Below, piece by piece: positions 36,489 to 44,523 of a stretch of DNA of 64,000 nucleotides. Every line of letters begins with the position of its first letter. Position 1 is the first letter of the stretch. The position numbers were made by a program, and so were the translations under genes. The notes under the pieces were generated by a model that was not told where the DNA came from, made no database searches, and saw only the letters and a program-made list of their open reading frames with translations. Source of the DNA: an uncultured Gemmatimonadales bacterium (GTDB lineage: Bacteria; Gemmatimonadota; Gemmatimonadetes; Gemmatimonadales; GWC2-71-9); the NCBI GenBank assembly GCA_963825815.1, contig CAWGVB010000025.1, positions 52,419 to 116,418 on the forward strand, given 5' to 3'.

Positions 36489-36701
36489 CTGGGGAGATGC
36501 CAGTCCTCCCGCCGATCGCCAGAGTTCGGCGGCCGAGTATCAGGTTGAAGTAAACCTACCAAGCCTCAAGCGCTTCAACAATTTAGACAGCTCGAGTTGA
36601 TGTGGTCCTCGAGTGGCGTTGAATTTGCGCTTCCGACCGCGAAGCTTCGCGTTCGGCTACCCGTTTCCTTCACTACACAGCGACACCGCTGGGAGATCCG
36701 C

Positions 36702-37994
36702 ATGCCGCGCAACTGTTCCCGCCAGTCGAACCGGCGCTCAGCTCGCCGGATGCACCTGTTCGGGTGGTTGACCGCGCTGGGCGTGACGGCGCCGGCTACG
36801 GTCGGCATGGCACAGGACTCTGCAGCGGTCGCTCGGGACTCGGCGCCTGCAGCGATAACCCCACTGGCAACACGGGACAGCCTCAGTAAAGAACCGCTGC
36901 CACAGACTCACACGGTCCGCAAGGGTGATACGCTGTGGGATCTGGCGCAGCACTATCTTCGCGATCCCTTCCTTTGGCCCGGTATCTATCGGCTGAACAC
37001 GGATGTGGTCGAGGATCCGCATTGGATTTACCCGGGCGAGATCCTGCGCATCGCGCCGGTCGACAACGTGGCCGCCGTTCCCACCATGGATACGCCCGTA
37101 CCTCAGGTCGAAGGTGATTCCAGCAGCCTGGTGGCGGACAGCGCGCGGGGGAGCGGAGCGGATTCCACCGACGCCCTGGCCCGCGGTCCCCAGCAGCCCT
37201 CCATGGCCGAATCCGACGACGCCGAGCAGGGGCCTCTCTTCCCCGAGCGCAAGCCTCGGAAGGTATCGGAAATTCTCAAGGCTTACACGCACCAGGCCTA
37301 CCGTCCGCTTCGGCGGAGTGAATTCTATTCATCGGGATTTCTGACCGAGAACCAGCGGCTTCCCTATGGGCGCGTGGTCGGCCCGGTCACACCGCAGCAG
37401 ATCAGGGCGGTCAATGGCCGCGCCAATGCGCTGCCGTTTACCAGCATCTCCGTGGAGGCTCCGTCGGGCGCCACCTATGCGGTGGGTGACAGCCTGCTGC
37501 TGCTGCAGGTGGGCGGAGAGATCGACCCGTTCGGACACGTGATCGTCCCCACCGGAGTCGCCGTGGTCACCGAGGCGGTCGACGAGCACTACATCGCGAA
37601 GATCGTCTCCACCTACGGGGCCATCCGCAACGGTCAGCGCACCCTGCCGCTCGAGCGCTTCAATCCCGGAACGGGTAATCGGGCCGTCCCGGTGTCCGAC
37701 GGAGTACGGGGGACGTTCATCGGCGGCTTGGGGCGCCAGGATCTCAAGGAGCCCCAGATGGTGGTGTTCATCAACAAGGGTCGGCAGGACGGTGTTTCTC
37801 CGGGCGATATCTTCGAGATGCGCCGCCGGCCCGGTCGCACCTCCGACGGACTGATCCGGGTCAATGAACTGATGGCAACCATGCAGATCGTCCACGTGCG
37901 CGATCATACGGCTACCGGCGTATTGCTCAACGTAGTTTCCCCCGATATCCAGCCCGGGACCGATGTCATGCAGGTGGCCAAGCTGCCGCAATAA
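36702..37994 (+). CDS. LysM-domain secreted protein
   Basis: Signal-like MHLFGWLTALGVTAPATVGMAQ. LysM motif HTVRKGDTLWDLAQHYLRDPFLWPGIYRLN..IYPGEILRI. The start could be ATG 36702 or a nearby codon. Confidence 0.65.
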   Translation: MPRNCSRQSNRRSARRMHLFGWLTALGVTAPATVGMAQDSAAVARDSAPAAITPLATRDSLSKEPLPQTHTVRKGDTLWDLAQHYLRDPFLWPGIYRLNTDVVEDPHWIYPGEILRIAPVDNVAAVPTMDTPVPQVEGDSSSLVADSARGSGADSTDALARGPQQPSMAESDDAEQGPLFPERKPRKVSEILKAYTHQAYRPLRRSEFYSSGFLTENQRLPYGRVVGPVTPQQIRAVNGRANALPFTSISVEAPSGATYAVGDSLLLLQVGGEIDPFGHVIVPTGVAVVTEAVDEHYIAKIVSTYGAIRNGQRTLPLERFNPGTGNRAVPVSDGVRGTFIGGLGRQDLKEPQMVVFINKGRQDGVSPGDIFEMRRRPGRTSDGLIRVNELMATMQIVHVRDHTATGVLLNVVSPDIQPGTDVMQVAKLPQ

Positions 37995-38161
37995 GGCGGG
38001 GAAGCGGGGAGGCAGGGAAAAGAACAAAACGAGACCTAAGCAAAATCAGGGATCGAGCCGATCAGGCTCGGTCCCTTCCCTTTTCTCGGTTGCGCGCTCG
38101 GGCGATATCGCCATCCCTGGCTTCCCACCTCCCTGCTTCCCCGCTTCCCCGCTTCCCCGCC
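37995..38161. repeat. Composite GGGGAAG element: long-range inverted G-rich/C-rich arms flanking an intrinsic terminator
   Basis: The left arm is GGCGGGGAAGCGGGGAGGCAGGGA (37995-38018). The right arm is TCCCTGCTTCCCCGCTTCCCCGCTTCCCCGCC (38130-38161), which is the reverse complement of GGCGGGGAAGCGGGGAAGCGGGGAAGCAGGGA. Confidence 0.55.
38049..38086 (+). terminator. Rho-independent terminator of the LysM gene
   Basis: GGGATCGAGCC-GATCA-GGCTCGGTCCC forms 11 bp including one G-U pair (38049-38075), followed by TTCCCTTTTCT. Confidence 0.6.
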
Positions 38162-38246
38162 TACACCCCAGTTCTATATTGCGGGGCGTTCAGCGGCCGG
38201 CAGGGACCCCCTTAGCGGTGGAGAGATGAATGCGGAGACGTGAAGC

Positions 38247-39200
38247 ATGAGTGGCCGGGTACTGGTGACGGGTGGGGCAGGCTTCATCGGATCCCATATT
38301 GCCGAGGCGTATCTCGCGGGAGGATGGGAGGTGGTGGTGCTGGACGATCTCTCCCGGGGTCACGAGAAGAACGTTCCTCGGGGCGCCCGCTTCGTGCGCG
38401 CGGATATCCGCTCGCCTGAGGCGCGACGCACCATCGCCACGGGTCGCTTCGATGTGATCAACCATCACGCGGCGCAGATCGATGTCCGGGTTTCGGTCGA
38501 TCGCCCGGCGTTCGACAGCGAAATCAACGTGGTGGGTCTGGTCAATCTCCTCGAGGGCGCGGGTGAGGGCGGGGTGCGGCGGTTCATCTTTGCGAGCAGC
38601 GGCGGAGTGGTCTATGGTGACCCCGAGGTCATACCCACGCCGGAGACCGCGCCCAAGCTCCCGGTGTCTCCTTATGGCGTGAGCAAGCTCTCCGGCGAGT
38701 ACTACCTGCGCGCGCTGGCCGCGCTCCGTGGGTTCGAGGGGATCGCCATGCGCTACGCCAACGTGTTCGGTCCCAGGCAAGATCCCAAGTCGGAAGCCGG
38801 AGTGGTTTCGATCTTCGTGTCGCGGCTTCTGGCCGGCGAGCCTCTCATTGTGTTCGGAGACGGGAAACAGACCCGGGACTACGTGTTCGTGAAGGACGTG
38901 GCCCGGGCCAACGTACTGGCCAGCACCGTGCCGGCGCCTCAGGGCACCGCGTTCGACGCCCCGGCCTTCAATATTGCCACGTCGCGGCAGCGCAGCGTGC
39001 TCGAGCTGGCCCAGGCAGTGGGGGAGGTCATGGGTGAGAAGAAACCGCGGATGGAGTTTGCTCCGCCTCGAGCCGGCGAGCTCTTCCGCAGCGCATTGGA
39101 CGTGAGCAAGGCCAAGAGAGTGCTGGGCTGGACGCCCGAGTATGCCTTCGATGACGGCCTGCGGGAGCTGGTGGACTGGTTCAAGGCGGAGGCGACGTGA
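38247..39200 (+). CDS. NAD-dependent epimerase/dehydratase (UDP-glucose 4-epimerase family)
   Basis: VLVTGGAGFIGSH..SSGGVVYG..SPYGVSKLSGEYY..RYANVFGPRQD..GDGKQTRDYVFVKDV. Confidence 0.8.
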   Translation: MSGRVLVTGGAGFIGSHIAEAYLAGGWEVVVLDDLSRGHEKNVPRGARFVRADIRSPEARRTIATGRFDVINHHAAQIDVRVSVDRPAFDSEINVVGLVNLLEGAGEGGVRRFIFASSGGVVYGDPEVIPTPETAPKLPVSPYGVSKLSGEYYLRALAALRGFEGIAMRYANVFGPRQDPKSEAGVVSIFVSRLLAGEPLIVFGDGKQTRDYVFVKDVARANVLASTVPAPQGTAFDAPAFNIATSRQRSVLELAQAVGEVMGEKKPRMEFAPPRAGELFRSALDVSKAKRVLGWTPEYAFDDGLRELVDWFKAEAT

Positions 39201-39910
39201 TTCAGCAATCAGGAGGCGCAGTTCCGCAGTCCCCGCTCGAGCTGATCCTTGTCTCGAGCCCGGAGACGAAGATCGTTCTCCTCGTTACCGCGCTGTTTTC
39301 TCTGGTCTCCTGGTTCATCATCATTCTGAAATGGTGGCAGTTTCGCAAGCTGAATCGCCAAGCCGACCGCTTCTTCACCGAAATGGAGCGCACCACCAGG
39401 CTCAAGGATGCGTATCACGCGGTCATGAAGCTGCCCCCCTCGCCCTACAATCGGCTGTTTCGGGAGGCGGTGACGTTCTATTCGGAGCTCCGCCCAGGAG
39501 CACTCCGGGATGAGCGGGGCGCCGACCGCAGCACGCTGACGATGACGCAGCTCGAGGCATTGAAGATGGTGCTGGGCAAGGAAGTGGCCGCTGAGCGCGA
39601 CCTGCTGGGACATTACATCCCCTGGCTCGCCACTATCGGCTCGGTCAGCCCCCTGCTCGGCCTGACCGGAACCGTGTTCGGCATCATGAGCGCCTTTATC
39701 GGCATCGCCTCAAAAGGATCAGGTAATCTTGCCGCTGTGGCGCCCGGTGTGGCGGAGGCGCTGGTGGCCACCGCTGGCGGTCTGATAGCGGCAATCCCGG
39801 CGGTCATCGCCTATAACCTCTACGTCAACCGGGTCCGGCTGTTTGCCGGCGAGCTGGAGGGCTTTGCCAACGAGCTGATCGGAACCATGGCGCGGGAGGG
39901 ATTGGTCTGA
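39197..39910 (+). CDS. tolQ: Tol-Pal system proton channel TolQ (MotA/TolQ/ExbB family)
   Basis: Three TM segments and the signature LATIGSVSPLLGLTGTVFGIM..FIGI..VAPGVAEALVATAGGL..AIPAV. GTGA overlap with the upstream gene. Confidence 0.85.
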   Translation: MIQQSGGAVPQSPLELILVSSPETKIVLLVTALFSLVSWFIIILKWWQFRKLNRQADRFFTEMERTTRLKDAYHAVMKLPPSPYNRLFREAVTFYSELRPGALRDERGADRSTLTMTQLEALKMVLGKEVAAERDLLGHYIPWLATIGSVSPLLGLTGTVFGIMSAFIGIASKGSGNLAAVAPGVAEALVATAGGLIAAIPAVIAYNLYVNRVRLFAGELEGFANELIGTMAREGLV

Positions 39911-40341
39911 TGGCGTCGAGTCTCGGTGGAGGGTTGGGCAGTCAGCGTGGCGAGCTCCCGCTGATGGCCGACGTCAACGTCACCTCCTTGGTGGACGTTA
40001 TGCTGGTACTCCTGATTATCTTCATGATCACGGCACCGATCATGCAAGGCGGGGTTGACGTTGAGCTTCCTCGCGCCGAGGCCCGACCTCTTTCCCCCAA
40101 GGAGGGCATGGTGGTGACGGTCAATCGGGATGGCCGCATTTTCATTGATCAAACTCCAGTGTCCTACACTGATTTCCGGGTCACCTTTCGGTCGCTGGTA
40201 GCGACCCGTAAACCCAGCGGGGTGTACCTGCAGGCGGACACCCGAGTACCCTACGGCGAAGTGGTGCGGGTGTTGGCGGTAATCCGGACTGCCGGAGTGC
40301 AGAACGTGGGACTCGTGGCCGCCGAGGAAGAATCGCCGTGA
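39910..40341 (+). CDS. tolR: Tol-Pal system protein TolR (ExbD family)
   Basis: MADVNVTSLVDVMLVLLIIFMITAP..VELP..ADTRVPYGEVVRVLAVIRTAG. Confidence 0.85.
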   Translation: MASSLGGGLGSQRGELPLMADVNVTSLVDVMLVLLIIFMITAPIMQGGVDVELPRAEARPLSPKEGMVVTVNRDGRIFIDQTPVSYTDFRVTFRSLVATRKPSGVYLQADTRVPYGEVVRVLAVIRTAGVQNVGLVAAEEESP

Positions 40342-41035
40342 AGATTCGGAGTTCCGACCGGGAGCCGCCGGGTCGCGCGGCCGGAATGGTCGGGACCCTC
40401 CTGGTACACGCGGCTGCGGTCGGATTTCTTCTCGCGCACCGTCAAGCCGAGTAAGGCAGCGCCTCCAACCTATGCGGTGGATCTGGTAGCGGCTCCGGCG
40501 CCGACTCAGAAGCGACTGGCCCGCGAGGCGCTGCCCACGCCGCCGCCGGAGGAGAAGCCGGCCCCGGTCAAGCCGACGCCGCCCAAACCGACAAAGGCGC
40601 CGGCGCCCCCGAAGCCCAAGACGCCGCCGCCACCGACCCGAAGAGAAGAAGGAGCCGCCACCCAAGACGACGTCCCCCGCAACTCCGGCTCCGGGAGAGA
40701 CGCCCAGCACCGGCAGCGATGTAGCGACAATCAAGACGCCGGGCTTGGCGTTTCCCTATCCGGAATACCTGCGGAACATCGTGACCCAGATCTACCAGCG
40801 CTGGGACCGGGCGTCAGCCAATCAGCGCAATTTCGCGGAGATCAGCTTCTTGATTCTGAGGGATGGATCCGTCCGGGACATTCATTTCGTCACTCGTTCG
40901 GGCAGCTTTGCGTTCGATTTGAACGCCCAGGGCGCAGTCGAGGCCGCGGGCAACACCCGGGCCTTCGGCCCGTTGCCTGATGGCTGGGATGCTGACGTGC
41001 TCCCGGTCAGCTTCTACTTCAAGCCGACTCAATGA
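40337..41035 (+). CDS. tolA: TolA/TonB-like protein (TM anchor, Pro-rich spacer, TonB_C-like domain), two frame changes (~40437, ~40635)
   Basis: VKIRSS..MVGTLLVHAAAVGFLLA / KPSKAAPPTYAVDLVAAP..PPPEEKPAPVKPTPPKPTKAPAPPKPK / ..LAFPYPEYLRNIVTQIYQRW..ISFLILRDGSV..FYFKP. Confidence 0.6.
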
Positions 41036-42362
41036 TCAAATTTTCGTTTTTCCTGCTTGGCCTGGTGGCCAGCGCCGGAACGGTGTTGGCGCAGGACACG
41101 ACTCGGGTGGAAGAGGGCGTCCGGATCGGCGTGGATTATCGGCCCGGGATGCGTCCCGGCCTGGTCGTCGTGCCTGGTACCGGGCTCGATTCGGTGCGCG
41201 CCATGGTGCGGCGAGACCTCGATTACACCGACCGCTTCGAGATGATCACCGTGGCCGACCTGCCTCAGGGCTCCGCCAGCGGTCGCGGGTCCGCCGAGGC
41301 CGCGGCCGGGGTGAACTACGAGCTGTATCGCTCCCTCGGTGCCCAGTTCGCGGTGGAGCTGGTTCCGGCGTCGAGCGGGGTGACAGCCCGGCTGCACGAT
41401 CTGGGCGAAGCCAAGATGCAAAGTCAGAAATCCGTCACGCTGCCTGCCACGACCGCCGTGGACTTCCGGCTCGAGGTCCACCGCTTATCCGACGAGAGTG
41501 GCGCGCTGGGCCAGCGGGAGCCCGGGAGCCGCGGCCAGCCGCCTGATGTTCGTGTCGGGCGGTCGGGTATATCGGGTCGACAGCGACGGGCAGGACATCG
41601 CTCCGCTGACGCCGGCCGGCCAGACCTCGCTCTCTCCGGCCTGGTCGCCCGATGGCCAGCGCCTGGCTTTCACCCAGATGGGTGAGGGCACAGGGGGGAT
41701 CGTGGTGCAACCCCTGGGTGGCGCCAGCGGGCTTCATGGTTCCGGGCTCGCAGACGGCACTCAATATCACGCCCACCTTCTCACCCGACGGCCGCACCCT
41801 CGCCTTTGCCCATTCGGACGAGCAGGGAACCGACATCTACACCGCGAATGTGGTCGAGCGCTGTTGCGCGCAACGCTTGACCGTGGGACGCTTCGCGGAC
41901 AACTTAAGCCCAACGTTTTCGCCAGATGGGCGGCGCATCGCGTTCATTTCCACGCGGGCAGGGCCGCCTCAGTTGTACGTAATGGCAGCGGATGGAACCG
42001 ATCAGGAGCTGCTGGCGCCGTTTGATTATGGCGCCACAGGAAGTTCGAATGCTCCCGAGTGGTCTCCGGACGGGGCCAGTGTCGTATTCCATCGCGAGGT
42101 CTCCGGCAGCCCCCAAATCTTCCTGGTCGACGTCGCGGCACGGCGGGTTCGGCAGCTCACTTCTTCGGGCAGGAACGAAGATCCTACCTGGGCGCCCGAC
42201 GGCCGGCATGTCGCCTTCATCTCCGACCGAAGCGGCCGCCGTCAGATCTGGATCGTCGACATCGAAACCGGCCGAGTGCGGCAACTGGGTACGCCCGGCG
42301 CCGCTCGGCTTCCAGTCGTGGTCTCGCCGACTCGGGCGGACCACCTCGTTCCCAACCCATGA
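41032..42362 (+). CDS. tolB: Tol-Pal system beta-propeller protein TolB, at least two frame changes (~41500, ~41715)
   Basis: A signal peptide is followed by repeated PxxSPDG blades: SPAWSPDGQRLAF, TPTFSPDGRTLAF, SPTFSPDGRRIAF, APEWSPDGASVVF, DPTWAPDGRHVAF. Confidence 0.8.
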
Positions 42363-42372
42363 TTTCGGAGTG

Positions 42373-42953
42373 ATGATGCGAGCACCATCCCTGCTGATGC
42401 TCTTGACCGCCGCCGCATTTGCCGTCGCCTGCGGTGGAAAGGCCGCTCCGGAAGAGCCCGCGCCTGAGCCGACGCCCACTGCCGCGCCCACTCCGCCTCC
42501 TGAGCCGGTGGATGACAGCGCCGAGCGGGAACGGCTGGAGAAGGAGCGGATGGAGCGCGAGGCCGCAGAAAGGGCCCGCACGGTGTCGGCCGATCTCTCC
42601 GCCATGATCAACTTCGATTACGACCAGGCCGTGGTTCGTCCCGCGGATCAGCAAACGCTGGATCGCAAGGCCGCCATCCTGGCTGCCAATCCGCAACGTC
42701 AAGCTTCGGATCGCCGGCCATGCCGACGAGCGCGGATCAGACGAGTACAACCTTGCGCTGGGCAACCGTCGCGCCGCCGCCGCCAAGCGGTATCTGGAGA
42801 ACAAGGGCGTGGACGCGTCCCGCCTCGAAGTCGTGTCCTACGGTGAGGAGCGGCCGCTGAACCCGGGCAGCGACGAGACGCGCTTACGCCCAGAACCGGC
42901 GCGATGAGTTCGAGATCACCGCCGGGGGCAACAACCTGACCGCGCCACAGTGA
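42373..42953 (+). CDS. pal: Peptidoglycan-associated lipoprotein Pal (OmpA_C), two frame changes (~42694, ~42880)
   Basis: Lipobox AFAVACGG, then [12 protein letters not shown].., then after a shift [49 protein letters not shown], then [12 protein letters not shown]. Confidence 0.75.
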
Positions 42954-43733
42954 CGGGTTCTGTGAGGCTGAGGGTCTGGTTCGGCGCTCCCGTGATCTGG
43001 GTTCTCGCCGGCTGCGTCTCCAAGGGCGACATCCAGCGGGTGCAGGACGATGTGGCCCTGTTCAAGGCGGAAACGGCACGCCGGGATTCCGTTCGCGCGG
43101 CACAGTTGAACGAGGTGATCCGGGTGCAGCAGCGCATCATGGACTCGCTCACCTCCAGCCGTCGAGCGGTCGGCCAGCTGCGCGGCGACCTGGCCAGCGA
43201 TCTGTACAATATCCAGCAGCAGCTGGTGCAGCTGCAGGAGCTCACCGGCCAGAGCCAGCAGCGTCTGAGCGAGCTGCGCACCCAGCTCGAGGCCCGGGGC
43301 GAGCAGCTGGCTTCCGCCGCACCAGGCGATACCACCCGGCCGGCGCCGAGCTCGGCGGCCTCGGCCGACCAGATGTACGAAGCGTCGCTGGCACAACTCC
43401 GGCGAGGCAGCACCTCCACCGCCCGCCTCGGGCCTGCGGGAGATGCTTCGGGTCTATCCCACTAGCGATCGAGCCGGAGACGCCCTCTACTTCATTGGGC
43501 AAAGCTTCGCGGCGGAGAACCCGGATTCAGCGGCTGCGTACTACGAGCAGGTAATGCAGAAGTATCCCACCTCCTCCCGGGCAAGCTCGGCCCTGTACAA
43601 CCTGGGTCTGCTGGCCGAACGGAGGAAGGACACCAAGAAGGCCAGGGACGCGTATCAGCGGGTGGTACAGCGATATCCCCAGTCCGATGAAGCAGCTCTG
43701 GCTCGTGATCGACTGAAGGCGCTCGGGCGGTAG
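42950..43733 (+). CDS. cpoB: Tol-Pal-associated CpoB/YbgF-like protein (coiled coil + TPR), one frame change near 43425
   Basis: An N-terminal coiled coil (LYNIQQQLVQLQELTGQSQQRLSELRTQLE) is followed by YPTSDRAGDALYFIGQSF..YEQVMQKYPTSSRASSALYNLG in ORF 43443-43733. Confidence 0.65.
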
Positions 43734-43773
43734 CCCGGGCGTCTCCCCTCCATGATCGGGCGCTGCCGGAGAA

Positions 43774-44520
43774 ATGCCGTTCCTCGATCATCTCGAGGAA
43801 TTGCGCCACAGAATCCTCCGTTCGCTGGCCGCCGTGGTGGTGGGGTGTGGCTTGGGGCTGTGGCTGGTCCAGCGATTCCAGCTGGTCAGCCTCCTGAAAG
43901 AACCGATCGCGCCGTATCTCACTGGCGGCAAGCTGGTCGTCACCAGCCCCACTGAGCCGGTGATGATCGTGCTCAAGCTGGGGCTGCTGGTTGGCCTGGT
44001 TCTCGCCTCCCCGGTCATCCTCTGGCAAACCTGGGCCTTTCTGGCTCCCGCCTTGTACCAGCGGGAGAAGCGTGCCCTGGTTCCTTCACTCTTCGTGGGG
44101 CTGGTGCTGTTTTTGACCGGCGTGGGTCTGGCCTACCGCTTCGTGGTACCTCAGGCCCTCCGGGTGTTGTTCAGCTTCCAGAGCGAAGCGATCGCTCCGT
44201 TCATCACCTACGACGCCTACTTCAGCTTTGTCCTGCAGGTCACGTTGGCCCTCGGCCTGTCCTTCGAGCTGCCGCTCATCATCATCATCCTGTCCTGGCT
44301 CGGCGTCGTTGGACCGGCGGAGCTGAACCGGTTTCGCCGCTACGCCATCGTGCTCGCGTTTTTCGCCGGAGCCGTGCTGTCACCCGGCACGGACGTGCTT
44401 TCCATGACCATGATGACCCTGCCGCTCATGGTGCTGTACGAGGTGGGGTTTGCCGGCTCCCTCATTCTGCAGCGCCGCCGGCGCCGGGCAGAACGGGAGT
44501 CGCTGGCGGGTAAAACCGCG
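43774..44520 (+). CDS. tatC: Twin-arginine translocase subunit TatC; no stop codon, 3' boundary inferred
   Basis: FLDHLEELRHRI..six TM segments..FELPLIIIILSWLGVV..SPGTDVLSMTMMTLPLMVLYEVG. The frame continues into the next gene's signal peptide. Confidence 0.8.
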
Positions 44521-44523
44521 GGC

